Below are positions 1 to 10,800 of a stretch of 64,000 nucleotides of DNA, one piece after another. How positions within the stretch are numbered: position 1 is the first letter of the stretch; the number at the start of each line of letters is the position of its first letter. The stretch comes from a virus, in IMG/VR virus record IMGVR_UViG_3300045988_063132, positions 1 through 64,000 of that record. One strand, given 5' to 3'. The translations under genes and the position numbers were made by a program. The notes under the pieces are model-generated. The model had not been told where the DNA came from. It made no database searches and worked only from the letters and a program-made list of their open reading frames with translations.

Positions 1-154
1 CTCCACCACCTCTTTCAGGGCCTGACGATGCACCAGAGCCACCGCCACCAACAATAAAAACGTCAACTGATTTACATCCTGCTGGGACCGTCCATTTGCC
101 AGAAGATTTTAGCTCTTCTACAACTTGTACTGTCTCTCTTTTCCCCGTCGACAT
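1..154 (-). CDS. hypothetical protein, N-terminal part (gene runs off the window start)
   Basis: ATG at 154..152 on the minus strand. The frame stays open to position 1 and the N-terminus is glycine-rich (VFIVGGGGSGASSG). It starts 20 nt downstream of the stop of the 174..1049 gene. Confidence 0.35.
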   Translation of the reverse strand, partial: MSTGKRETVQVVEELKSSGKWTVPAGCKSVDVFIVGGGGSGASSGPERGGG

Positions 155-173
155 TGTCCTTCTTCTCAACATA

Positions 174-1049
174 TCAATCCTTCTCTTTAACGGTTATTGA
201 ATACATGACACCACTCGTATCGATCTTCAAAATGGACATCTCGAAAGGCACGCCGGAAGTAGTGGTAATAGAACTACCGGACATTGATCTAAAACTGCTA
301 GTAGTGGGGATAGGCTGCGTAAAAGAAGCGGTAGGATTACAAACAAGATATATCTCTTCGCCTACATTCAATGCCCTTGCAGACTCATTTATCGATAGGT
401 TTGAAGCGGAGGATAGAGTAGCCTTAACCAACCTCTTGCTTGTCGGTATATTCACAAGAGTGGTGACAGTATTACTCCCTGTGCCGAAATTTACTATATC
501 ATCCACCCTCTTCTTGTCCTCCGCCGACATATACCCCGCTGTGGTAGGGGTGGCGGTAGGGGGAGTGAGGTATTGACCATTATCGGAGAGGTATTTTGTA
601 CCGGAGCCAGTGTTTTGTAAACTTTGTTGATTAGATACCGAAGTATAAGTCTTGTTACTCTTGTTAATAATTACGGTTGTTACCGTTAACCCTATAGAGT
701 GATCACCGGAGTCTACTGTTAAAATATTTGTTATAATACTATATGTTTCAGTAGAATTACTAATTGTTATCGGGCTAAATCCATCAGGATCCGTTTCAAT
801 TCTTGCTGTTGTTATTCCTTTATTTACTGCATCAACTATCTTTTGATAGTTTTCATCTGATAATGTACCACTTTCACTTGGAAATAAAGTTGTTAAGTCA
901 AGATACTGATTGCTAGCTATAATCTCTGACCATTGTTTATTTTTCCTACCATATGTTTTACCATCTGAAGGCGCATCAGGAAATTCTTCTACACCGTAAT
1001 TGGGTAGTTTTACCCACTCTCCATCTTTCTTTACTTTTATTGTACCCAT
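174..1049 (-). CDS. hypothetical structural (tail-associated?) protein
   Basis: 291-aa ORF that is Ser/Thr-rich and packed in the same orientation next to the tail-fiber/DGR module. No motif recognised. Confidence 0.5.
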   Translation of the reverse strand: MGTIKVKKDGEWVKLPNYGVEEFPDAPSDGKTYGRKNKQWSEIIASNQYLDLTTLFPSESGTLSDENYQKIVDAVNKGITTARIETDPDGFSPITISNSTETYSIITNILTVDSGDHSIGLTVTTVIINKSNKTYTSVSNQQSLQNTGSGTKYLSDNGQYLTPPTATPTTAGYMSAEDKKRVDDIVNFGTGSNTVTTLVNIPTSKRLVKATLSSASNLSINESARALNVGEEIYLVCNPTASFTQPIPTTSSFRSMSGSSITTTSGVPFEMSILKIDTSGVMYSITVKEKD

Positions 1050-1050
1050 A

Positions 1051-1695
1051 TTATACTAAAGTTACATAGTTATTTATTAAACTTGATAAATCATGTGAAA
1101 GTGGTATTTCACTATTCCTAATACATAAATACACTTTACTATTTTGTGTATAATATTTATCCTTAAACAATTCCATAGGTGGTGTATAAGGTATCGGATC
1201 TTCTAATGTACCAGCATGATCTTTATCAACCACTTTATACAAAGATGCTGTATCTACTCCAGGAATCCAATTTTCTTGTAACGTATGATCCTGTATTACT
1301 TCATACAATATATCTGAATTATCTGTTACTACTCTAAATCTAAAACCCTTAGTAACAGAAGTACCATAAGAGGCATCTCCTTTTCCCCATACAGGATAAA
1401 GTGTTTTCATTTCTAAAGCCTTGTCCGCAGTAAGTACTGAAGAGTTAATTATAGTTTTAATAAAGTTAATAGCTTGTACTTGTTCATTGTCAAATTGTCC
1501 TGTATTGACTACTGTCTTTATTTCATCATAAGAAGGATAATGATCAAATACGTGTTCATTATATTTGTAATGAACAATATTCTCTTCAGTCTCTTTATCA
1601 CTATCTATTTGAACATCCCATCTTACTGCCCATTCATTTAAACCTAAGTATTCAACAGAAATAGGGATGCTATTACTATGTGCAATTCTTGTCAT
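1051..1695 (-). CDS. hypothetical protein immediately downstream of the DGR RT (possible accessory)
   Basis: 214-aa ORF that overlaps the RT gene 3' end by 20 nt. It has no resemblance to a four-helix Avd as far as can be seen. Confidence 0.5.
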   Translation of the reverse strand: MTRIAHSNSIPISVEYLGLNEWAVRWDVQIDSDKETEENIVHYKYNEHVFDHYPSYDEIKTVVNTGQFDNEQVQAINFIKTIINSSVLTADKALEMKTLYPVWGKGDASYGTSVTKGFRFRVVTDNSDILYEVIQDHTLQENWIPGVDTASLYKVVDKDHAGTLEDPIPYTPPMELFKDKYYTQNSKVYLCIRNSEIPLSHDLSSLINNYVTLV

Positions 1696-2707
1696 AACCT
1701 AATAATAAAATTTTAAGTTCTTTTATACTATTTGTTCCTGTAAATCTCTTCCATAAATTAAAACAGTTACCATATTTACACCATCCCCAGTAAGAAGCTA
1801 AGGATCTAAATTTCTTATTAAGATTAACATATCTGGTTTTCCTATAGAACTTTTTTTTCATATCTTTTCTTAATTTCATATGACTATGTTTAAAAACATA
1901 GCCTAAGAAATCAACTCCTCTATCATCTACCGGATATATCTGCCAATCATGTTTTACTTCTAATTCAAGATATGAAGTCATATACTCCTTTATCTTTTGC
2001 AATGCCTGATGTAACTCTTTCTTATTAGAAGAAAATAGAACTATATCATCACAATATCTGAAATAATGTTTAATTTTTAATTTCTGCTTTACCCATCTAT
2101 CAAACCATGTTAAATAAAGATTAGCAGCAAACTGTGATATATAATTACCAATAGGTAATCCTTTATCTGTAGAATAAATTATCTCAGATATTAAATTCAG
2201 AAACCTCTTATCTTTGAATACTCTACTAAATAAATCCATCATAATCTTTTGATTCACAGAAGGAAAGAATTTCTTTACATCCAGTTTCAAACAATATTTA
2301 GTATTCTTTGGATCTGTTTTTAATGCGTGTTTCAATCTTTTTACTGCTAAGTGAATACCTCTGCCTTTAATACAACTGTAAGTATCTGAAGTAAACCGCT
2401 TAACTAAATAAGGTTCTATAACATTCATTATAGCGTGATGAGCTATACGGTCTGGAAAATAAGGTAACCTATATATTTCTCTTTCTTTATGACCTCTATC
2501 AGCAATAATAGTATAGATATCATATTCAGAAGTTTTATACGTACCTTCGATAAACATTCTTTGTAGTTTCAATAAATTCTCATGCGAATGTTTATCAAAT
2601 TTAGCAATACCATAACGTTTGCTTTTATTAAGTCTTGCTTTTTTATCTGCTAGAACAAGATTGTTAAAATCGATAATTCTATTGAAAATATTACCAATGC
2701 GTTTCAT
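1676..2707 (-). CDS. diversity-generating retroelement reverse transcriptase
   Basis: 343 aa. RT motif A is LDVKKFFPS. The DGR-specific motif LPIGNYISQFAANLYL (IGxxxSQ, which replaces the QGxxxSP of group II intron RTs) is present. The catalytic motif is YCDDIV, followed by an FLGY motif. The size and N-terminus are typical of DGR RTs. Confidence 0.85.
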   Translation of the reverse strand: MKRIGNIFNRIIDFNNLVLADKKARLNKSKRYGIAKFDKHSHENLLKLQRMFIEGTYKTSEYDIYTIIADRGHKEREIYRLPYFPDRIAHHAIMNVIEPYLVKRFTSDTYSCIKGRGIHLAVKRLKHALKTDPKNTKYCLKLDVKKFFPSVNQKIMMDLFSRVFKDKRFLNLISEIIYSTDKGLPIGNYISQFAANLYLTWFDRWVKQKLKIKHYFRYCDDIVLFSSNKKELHQALQKIKEYMTSYLELEVKHDWQIYPVDDRGVDFLGYVFKHSHMKLRKDMKKKFYRKTRYVNLNKKFRSLASYWGWCKYGNCFNLWKRFTGTNSIKELKILLLGYDKNCT

Positions 2708-2820
2708 TAGCTATTTTGGTGTTAGGACCCGTTCATCCAATACTACTAGGGTCCCTTCAAAGCACCTGTTATTTTTCACCAAGGGGTGAGGCTGATCTAA
2801 TTTATACAATAAAAACTTCC

Positions 2821-2925
2821 AAAATTTCACTGTGAACTGATATTCGAATTCGAATTCGATGAATCATTATTAGCATTCGAATAGAAGACTCTGCAATTAG
2901 ACTCATTGTCTGAATTACCTGACTT
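2821..2925 (-). repeat. DGR template repeat (TR)
   Basis: About 105 bp, located between the fiber gene stop and the RT start. It is collinear with 3069..3173 at a constant offset of 248 bp. On the coding (minus) strand the TR carries AAT codons at exactly the positions that differ in the VR. Confidence 0.8.
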
Positions 2926-3002
2926 ACTTTTTAATACATCTTCATCTAATCAAACCATTCTTTTAGATCCCGCCTTTGTTAATACTCTAGTTTATTATAG
3001 GT

Positions 3003-6000
3003 TTATCCATTAAACCCAGGCTCTAACGCCAAAAATTCATCTTTTGTTTTAACTACGATCTTACCATAAAAACCTAACCGCGAAACGAAATCCGAAGCCG
3101 AAGCCGACGAATCATCAAAAGCATACGAACAGAAGACCCCGCAATAAGACTCATTGTCCGAATAACCCGACCGCACAAAAATTCTGTTACCTGTATTATG
3201 ATGGTAGTAGTCTGCATAATATGTAGTATCTGATCCTCCTGTAGTGTTGCTTGGCACAACATCAGCGTATTCTCCGTGAGCAATGCCAACAATCCAACCA
3301 TCAGAAGAGGCAGCAGTATTGCTGCTAGAAGAGGCAACAATTTGTCTTACATTTGTATATCCTGCAGATGTTAAACCGGAAAGGTCAGTATTTACCTTAA
3401 GACCTCCATCGTACACTATCCATTGTCTACCAATAATATTAATTCCTTGTACGAATTCGTATTTACCATAATAACAATCTTCAAGACCTAAAAAATTACT
3501 ACTTTTACTAGACTTTCCATCCCTGTTACCTAATGACACTGTGGCACCTGTCGAACTATTCCAAGAACGTGTACCACCGGAACAAGGTATGCTACTATTA
3601 TCTGTACTTATATTCGTATTACCATATTTAGCACAGAATAAATTAGCAATAGTTTTATGGGCTCTATAATCAATCAATCCCCAATTTAAACCATTGGTTT
3701 GTGCTTGATTGAAAAAGGTTTCTATAGTTTGATTTCCAGTACTAGTCGTATTGGGTCTGCTGGTTAATTTACCGTCAGTATTATATGCTTCAAATACACC
3801 AATCAAACATTCTCTTTCTTCTTTATAAGAATCGGTAAGCTTTCTATCAGATATATACAATTTGAATTTACCTATACTCACTAGTTCTGTACGATAATAA
3901 TATTTAGGGAAATGAACCATGTAATATACATAATGATAAGCACCAGTACGGTTAACAGTAGAACCATCTTCCCATTTATTACTATCCGTAGAATTTAAAT
4001 AGGCAATAGCAGCAGAACCATCATCCTGAGGTAACGCTAAACATCTTTTAAATTTACTAGTAAGGTTAGTAATGATATCTAAATTACCACCTCTTTCTAG
4101 TGTAGTGGTACTTGTGGTTTCGTCAAATTGGACCCACATAGCGTGTGTTTCTTCATTGATCTGTTCCCAATCAAGAGTGACCTCTTTCACATCATCCAAA
4201 CTACTTATTTGAATAGTTTGAATCTCTGGGGTGATGTATCCTGCTACGGATATAGGTTCAATAGTCCAAGTTTCAGTAGTTGGTAATACAAATGTATTTT
4301 CATCAGTATCCCTTGTAACCAAAGTATAGGAACTTTCCTTTGGTACAGTATTAGAATACACATATACGTCTGCTAAACCGCTAATATCTTTTGCTAATTT
4401 TATTTTCAATTTAGCTCCTCGATACATTAATGTTTTTTCTTCAGCTACTCCATTTGCTGTAGAAGTTATAGAATCTGGTGTGACCCATTTCCTAAAATTA
4501 GGAGAACTAAAAATAGATACTTCAGTACCCTCAATAGTATATTGAGCACCAGTTGGAATTTTTACAGTATAGGTACGATTACCAGAAAGTGTTTTAGTTA
4601 CATAACCTGATAACTTTACATCAACCTTATTAGAAAGTAATTCAGGATGATTGCTAGTAACATTAATTGTTACAATTGTGGTATTATAAGTTAATGTTAT
4701 AATCCTAATATTACCTGCTTCTGCAATAAATGTTTGAGATTGTGGTTTAGCATAATCAGTTACATCACTACAAGTAATAGTATATGTAGTATTTACTGGA
4801 ATTGTGGCAGTAAGTTCAGTTCCTTCCCATGTAAGTACTTTAGAAGTTTCACCATAAGCTATAGTAATAGTAACACCATTAATGTTAGAATCTGATAACT
4901 GATTACTTGCAACAGTTATTTTAACAGTTTCATCTTTAGGTGCTGCTTCTACTTCTACCCATGTTCCATTCTGTCTAGCATACTGTTTACCATCTTTAGG
5001 TGCTTCTGTAACTACTAATTCATCAAAAGTATTGTCTGATAAGTCAACCCATATTTCTTGTTCGCCATCAGGTTGTGTACCTTCGCTTATATATACTTCA
5101 TCAGATATATCTGTTTTTAAAGCATACTCGTTGCCTTGTTTACCATCAAGTAAATCAGCATCTAAACCACTACCAACCCCATCTACTGTCTTTACTTTAG
5201 ATAATACATCTGTAGCAGTATATGCAGAAGAATCTAATTTTGTATTAACCTGAGTAGTAGTAGCATAACCCTTTGCATTTAATTCGGTTTCAGTTACATA
5301 TTCTTCAGGTACTGAAGTAAGATAATTGCCTTTTGGTTGATACGTACTAGCTGCATCAGTCTTAGTTAAATACCCATTAAGATCTACTGTTTCACTTAAC
5401 TTATCCCAATCTGGAGTAGTAGATGTGGCTACATAATTAGCTCCAGTATCTTCAAGATTATAAACATCACCGATATTTACATTTTGTTTAGGTAAGGCTT
5501 CATAATTAGCTACAGAACCTTTTACCTTATATACTGAACCTATAGCAGTGTTAATCTTCTGATCTAGCTCATCTGCAGAAGGTAATGCGTCAAGCTTCTC
5601 AAAATAGCTAGCCGTTAATACGCCTGCAGATTTAGAACTAGCCGAATTGAACGTAACAGACCCAGTAGTATAAATTGAACCAGTTATGACGTTTTTCTTA
5701 TCCAAAGAAAGGCCCATTGTATTCATACTCGTGGTAGAGCGCATTGTGGTCACATAGTCTACAATGTTACTTACCTTTTGTCTGTCATTATCGCTATAAT
5801 CATTAGTGCTTAGTCCTTTTCCTTCCTCCTTATCTACTTTGGTATCTAACTTACTGTCTACATAAGTTTTGTCAGCTTTACCAGAGATTTGTTCAGTAAC
5901 ATCTACTGCTGCTACAGTATCATCTACATACTTCTTAGTGGCAGGATGATAATCTGCAGTAGGTGTATATGTACTAGTATTGCTTTTAGATATATATCTA

Positions 6001-7460
6001 CTGTCGTGATTGTGACTAGTAATATCCCCAGTAAGTACAGCTTCTACATTCTGTTTAGTTACAGAAGCATCACTACCCGGGTCTCCTTTCTCTCCTTTTT
6101 GACCAGGATCACCTTTTGGACCTTGTATTCCAGGTGCTCCATCAGCTCCCGGTTCACCTTTAGGACCAGGTTCTCCCTGTTCCCCCTTAGGTCCTACAGG
6201 TCCCTGTGGTCCTGCTGGTCCTTGAATACTACCTACGTTACTCCATTTAGGATTAGATTCAACATTACCGTTTTCACCCACAAACACGTATAGATTACCA
6301 GCAATTAACCAAGCATCACCAGATACACCTTCTTGTGGTAATTGTGATTCAGAATCTAATTCTCCTTTAATATTTAATCCTGAACCAGTATCCCCCTTAG
6401 GTCCTTGTGGACCAGGTTCTCCTTGTGGCCCTTGAATTCCCTGTATACCTTGCTCTCCTTGCTCGCCTTTAGGTCCAACAGGTCCTTGTATACCTTGCTC
6501 ACCCTTTTCACCTTGTACACCTTGTAAACCTCTTTCTCCCTGTAAACCCTGAGGTCCTCTTTCACCAGTGGCCCCTTTTTCTCCAGTATCACCTTTATCT
6601 CCTTTAGGTCCAGTTTCACCTTTCTCACCTTTTAAAGAGATTAACCATTCGTCTTCTGTACCTTCAAAGCCATGTTGTACTGCTACTTGATATGCTGATA
6701 AACCTTGAATACCTTGTGCACCAGATAAGTCTGATATGAATTTCCATTCAGTATTACCTTTCAAATACAATCGAGAATCCTCTTCATTTTCAACATCACC
6801 AGTATCAATCATTACAAATTGTCCTGTTTTTACTTCAGGGTTATTGTAATCATCTTCCATAGCTTGAACTGAAGAATACGTTTTTACAATAGTAAATGCA
6901 TCACCAACTGCATTAATACCACTATCTTGATAAGTATCTTTTGCATAATCATAGATATACCAATTACCATCTACAATCTTTGGTGGATTCTGAAGTACTT
7001 CTTTTGAGTCTTTTACGGCTTGTTTGGCATCTTTAACCGCATTAGGTACTTCATTAAGCATTCTGCCAAAGTCTTCTTCAGTACCTGTATATCCATGATC
7101 TACAGCATATTCATATGCAGTCTTACCATATGCAGTAGCACCAGTGTCAGCATATTCGTTTAATGCAGAATCAAATATCCACCAATTACCATTCTCTCCA
7201 ATAATTGGACTTTTACCAGAAGCAGGGATACCTGTATCACGATTATCTATCCACCAGTTACCATTAGAACCAATGAAAGGAGCAACAGCATCTTCACTAG
7301 TAGCATCTGTTAGTTTAACCCAAGACTTAATATCAGGATTATATACTTTAATTACTTTTCCTTTTGAATTTGCTCCCAAGTCTATCCAGTACCCAACTTC
7401 ATTAGAATTGGGTACCATATAGCTTGCAAAGAATTCATAATATACATTATTCTTTATCAT
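3003..7460 (-). CDS. tail fiber / receptor-binding protein with collagen-like repeats; DGR target
   Basis: 1485-aa ORF. It has two Gly-X-Y tracts, N-terminal NGNWWI and AYxYAVxHGxxGTEED repeat motifs, and a Cys-containing C-terminal domain that holds the VR. Confidence 0.8.
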   Translation of the reverse strand: MIKNNVYYEFFASYMVPNSNEVGYWIDLGANSKGKVIKVYNPDIKSWVKLTDATSEDAVAPFIGSNGNWWIDNRDTGIPASGKSPIIGENGNWWIFDSALNEYADTGATAYGKTAYEYAVDHGYTGTEEDFGRMLNEVPNAVKDAKQAVKDSKEVLQNPPKIVDGNWYIYDYAKDTYQDSGINAVGDAFTIVKTYSSVQAMEDDYNNPEVKTGQFVMIDTGDVENEEDSRLYLKGNTEWKFISDLSGAQGIQGLSAYQVAVQHGFEGTEDEWLISLKGEKGETGPKGDKGDTGEKGATGERGPQGLQGERGLQGVQGEKGEQGIQGPVGPKGEQGEQGIQGIQGPQGEPGPQGPKGDTGSGLNIKGELDSESQLPQEGVSGDAWLIAGNLYVFVGENGNVESNPKWSNVGSIQGPAGPQGPVGPKGEQGEPGPKGEPGADGAPGIQGPKGDPGQKGEKGDPGSDASVTKQNVEAVLTGDITSHNHDSRYISKSNTSTYTPTADYHPATKKYVDDTVAAVDVTEQISGKADKTYVDSKLDTKVDKEEGKGLSTNDYSDNDRQKVSNIVDYVTTMRSTTSMNTMGLSLDKKNVITGSIYTTGSVTFNSASSKSAGVLTASYFEKLDALPSADELDQKINTAIGSVYKVKGSVANYEALPKQNVNIGDVYNLEDTGANYVATSTTPDWDKLSETVDLNGYLTKTDAASTYQPKGNYLTSVPEEYVTETELNAKGYATTTQVNTKLDSSAYTATDVLSKVKTVDGVGSGLDADLLDGKQGNEYALKTDISDEVYISEGTQPDGEQEIWVDLSDNTFDELVVTEAPKDGKQYARQNGTWVEVEAAPKDETVKITVASNQLSDSNINGVTITIAYGETSKVLTWEGTELTATIPVNTTYTITCSDVTDYAKPQSQTFIAEAGNIRIITLTYNTTIVTINVTSNHPELLSNKVDVKLSGYVTKTLSGNRTYTVKIPTGAQYTIEGTEVSIFSSPNFRKWVTPDSITSTANGVAEEKTLMYRGAKLKIKLAKDISGLADVYVYSNTVPKESSYTLVTRDTDENTFVLPTTETWTIEPISVAGYITPEIQTIQISSLDDVKEVTLDWEQINEETHAMWVQFDETTSTTTLERGGNLDIITNLTSKFKRCLALPQDDGSAAIAYLNSTDSNKWEDGSTVNRTGAYHYVYYMVHFPKYYYRTELVSIGKFKLYISDRKLTDSYKEERECLIGVFEAYNTDGKLTSRPNTTSTGNQTIETFFNQAQTNGLNWGLIDYRAHKTIANLFCAKYGNTNISTDNSSIPCSGGTRSWNSSTGATVSLGNRDGKSSKSSNFLGLEDCYYGKYEFVQGINIIGRQWIVYDGGLKVNTDLSGLTSAGYTNVRQIVASSSSNTAASSDGWIVGIAHGEYADVVPSNTTGGSDTTYYADYYHHNTGNRIFVRSGYSDNESYCGVFCSYAFDDSSASASDFVSRLGFYGKIVVKTKDEFLALEPGFNG
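3069..3173 (-). repeat. DGR variable repeat (VR) in the C-terminal codons of the 1485-aa fiber gene
   Basis: About 23 mismatches to the TR. All of them fall at plus-strand T, which is coding-strand A, in the TR; examples are AAT to GCT and ATC to TTC. The only exceptions are two C-to-A differences in the last ~15 bp at the 3' (IMH-like) end. The VR encodes residues about 22-57 from the C-terminus ([36 protein letters not shown]). Confidence 0.8.
6072..6227 (-). repeat. collagen-like Gly-X-Y repeat tract 2 (aa ~412-463)
   Basis: [49 protein letters not shown] in the translation. Confidence 0.7.
6381..6632 (-). repeat. collagen-like Gly-X-Y repeat tract 1 (aa ~277-360)
   Basis: [34 protein letters not shown]... 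read in the translation. Coordinates are computed from the ORF start. Confidence 0.7.
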
Positions 7461-7461
7461 G

Positions 7462-7866
7462 TTATTCTGTAATATATGGGTTAGCTTCTTCTATTTCTAA
7501 CACAGCTTGTTTCCATTCATTATAAGCTTTAGCTGCTGCCTCATTTTCTCCAAATTCTTTATATTTTATGTATGCCATATATAGTGGATCGCTTTTACTA
7601 ATATAAGTGTTTTCTCGTATTTTGCGTATTCTTTCATTTTGAGAAGATTTCACTGGCGTTTTCATATAGTATACAGCCATTGGATCATCCACTACTTCAT
7701 CCATGTATTTGATATAAAAATCTCTTTGATCGTCGTTTAAAAATAAATAACGATCATCTTCTGTAAGTTCTTCTAATGATTTTACTTCTTTATCACTTAA
7801 ATAAGTTTTAAAAAAATCAGCATCTATTGAACCTACTCCGTTCTTTGTAATATAATATAGTTCCAT
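7462..7866 (-). CDS. hypothetical protein between the two fiber genes (possible fiber assembly chaperone)
   Basis: 134-aa acidic ORF tightly packed between the 1393- and 1485-aa genes. The assignment is by position only. Confidence 0.4.
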   Translation of the reverse strand: MELYYITKNGVGSIDADFFKTYLSDKEVKSLEELTEDDRYLFLNDDQRDFYIKYMDEVVDDPMAVYYMKTPVKSSQNERIRKIRENTYISKSDPLYMAYIKYKEFGENEAAAKAYNEWKQAVLEIEEANPYITE

Positions 7867-7869
7867 ATT

Positions 7870-10800
7870 CTAATACGAAAAAAATGCAACATTAAAATAA
7901 GTTAAATCATGAGCATTACCATCAGTATCAAACCAATGGATATCAAAATGATCAGAATATCTAGGACCAAGTTGATATGAACCTCTAAAGCCACTAGCTA
8001 TATTTGTATTTGGATTATCAATAGAACACAATACAACATAATCAGTACTATGTGCACCTGATAATGTAAATCTAAATCTACCTGTAGCAACCCTAGAAGG
8101 AGACATTCTAAGTTCCTTAGTAGTAAATAAATATCCAAACGATGCGCTAGACCCAGTCCAGTTACATCTACCTGCACACTTCAATCCGGGTATTGAGAAA
8201 TTACTAGAATCAATATTTTGAGCAATTAAAGAAGTACAAGTAACATTTCCAGTAAATGTACCATTTGTTGCCACCATACTACCGTTATCAAGTACTCTAA
8301 AAGGAGCAGATGTCCTATCACCATGATTTGTACCTGCCCAGATTCTTACAGAGTCTGAAGAAGTTCCCACCCCAGTTAATCCTGCTCTAGAACTGCTAGA
8401 ACCATCTCCTACTGTAATGATACCATCTGCCCATAATTTTAAAGGAGCTTTTGAGTTTGTGATTTTAGTGCCACTAGAAGAAATGGCACCTTTATTTGAA
8501 CCAGTACCTGCTGCTAAAAATGGAGTCATACCATCTGTAGATGGATAGAAACACACTACATCATTTGTTGATCTGAAATAACTACTAGAAGCAGGACTAA
8601 AACGCCATCCACCAATTGTAGCTTCTTCAGCAAATAACAAACCGGTTGCAATATTCTCAAATGAATTTAATGATTTCCATTCAGAACTAGACCAACCCGG
8701 TGTAATTGTAGCTTTATTTGCCATATAATATACTCCATCTCTTTTTACGACATCTACCAATTCTGCTGTTTTATAATAAGTAGCATTATTATTATATTCT
8801 CCTCTAAAATTTAACGCAGGACCTGGGTCTCCAGCAGGGCCTTGACCTCCAGGAGATCCTTGTGGTCCAGCAGGACCTTGTGGACCAGTCTGCCCATCTT
8901 GTCCATCTTTACCTGATATTTTTGTAGGTAATGTCCACTGTTCTCCAGACTTAAGTAAACCAGTTTCTCCATCAAATAAAGCAGTACTTTTCCATATAGC
9001 ATAACCACTTGCAGAAGGAGCATCTACATACCAATAGTTACCATTACTATAGGTACCACCAGAAGTAGGTCTAGATGTCATAGAAGGTCGATTTGGTTGA
9101 GACTCGTTAGATCTACAATAAATAGATACTTCAAAATCACCAGGAACTCCACCTTTGGCTTTTGTAATAGTAAAATCACATACATCTACTACTGGAGAAG
9201 CTGAAGAAGCAGGTACATGAAATTCTACTTTAAACACTGTACTATCAAAACTATTACCTAATCTAGCTACGGTAAGTTTATTATTATTTGTATCAATAGA
9301 TAATTGATTTTGAGCATTGTTATCTAAATTAGTATAAGTTATAGTATATTCACTATTTTCTAATTTTCTAGTACCTTGATATAAATAATAATTAGTAGAA
9401 GCTTTTGCTAATTCTGATGATTCTACTTCTCCTAACCAATTAGCAGCTACTGTATGAGCTTCATTAGTTAATACACCTCTATATGGGCTTTCCCCATCTT
9501 TTCCATCATACAATTTATTAATTGTTAACATATCCTGATATACAGCTCCTCCTAAAGCAGAAGTACATTCTACTTTAAAAGTTACTTCGTTAACAGAATT
9601 ATTAAAGTATGAACCGTTTGGTGATACTACTAAAGTTTCTGTAATCTCGTTTTCAAGAAGATTCCAGTTATCCGTACCTACGATTTTCCAATACCAAGAA
9701 TAAGTAGGAGATTCAATCCCATACGAACTAGCATATAAAGTTATTTGTGATGGGCTAACTAAACCTTCTTTATCGTACTTAAACACTTGTTCTCCGGATA
9801 TTAATACATAGCAAGCATCGATTCCATCAAACCCATTCTCACCATTTTGCACTTTATTAATCCATAAATCCTTAGTAAAGGACATAGAACCAATGTTAAC
9901 TGTTAATCGTATTCTAGCGGAAGGAGACCCTAAAGTATTTAATGTCACTTTGTCACCATCTACAGTAACAGTAGCTACACCTTCAATAGTTTCTGCTGTT
10001 ATACTATCAATATATAATTGGCTCATACCCTGATATGCATACACATAAGTATATACATCAGTAATAGTAATTTGTGGATTATTGCCAGATGAATCGTAAG
10101 GTACCGTCATATTACCATTACTCAGGTCAATATAGAACGCATCTTCTCCAGTTGCACCATCTCCAAGCTTAGCTACCTGAGTTTCATCATAAAAACTTTC
10201 TTTACCATTAACTACAGTACAACGTACTACAAAATTTCTAAGATCCCCAAACATATCAGGACGTACATCTAATGCTTGAGAAGTACCTATTGTTTCATTT
10301 GTGTTTCTATTTACCCAAGTAAATACAGGATTTTCTATATTATAAGTATTGCAATATAGTGTAATAACAGATGGTGTAGGAGTACCTTCAAAGTTAGGAT
10401 TATCGTACATGAATAATCTTTCTCCAGTAATTTCTACCCATTTGGCTTTATCTGCACCAGCAGCACCTTGCTCACCCTTTTCTACTTGCAATAACCACTC
10501 ATCATTTTCTTTACTAGGGATACTAGTGGTTTGAGTAGCCATACATAACCACAGTGAACCATTATATGATACTCTATCATAATAATAATATGTAGTGCCA
10601 GCTATAAATTGTCCTCTATCGATAGGTACTCTTATAATATCTCCATTACTAGATACTTGAGATAAAGTACCAACGAATCTACTATTTTTACCTATAACTG
10701 TACGATCTTTACCTACTAAATTAAAATCATCAATATTATCATATAAAGTAATACTAGGTCCTTCTGCACCTCTAGCAGATATCATAATAGCTGATCTACG

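Noticed and set aside
381-389. 9-mer agactcatt identical to part of the TR, raising the possibility of a second VR in the 291-aa gene
   Set aside because: The flanking sequence does not align with the TR, so this is a chance match.
154-576. 140-aa plus-strand ORF overlapping the 291-aa minus-strand gene
   Set aside because: It is an antisense shadow ORF inside a well-packed minus-strand operon, with no start context.
3074-3471. 88-aa and 62-aa ORFs overlapping the fiber C-terminal region and VR
   Set aside because: These are alternative-frame or antisense readings of the 1485-aa gene. The DGR VR lies in the main frame.
5032-6628. Small ORFs 5032..5253, 5889..6293 and 6374..6628 inside the 1485-aa gene
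   Set aside because: They are shadow ORFs. The KVK-rich 84-aa ORF is the reverse-strand reading of the collagen Gly-X-Y tract.
8811-10534. ORFs 8811..9023 and 10349..10534 inside the 1393-aa gene
   Set aside because: They are shadow ORFs within a continuous 4.2-kb reading frame.
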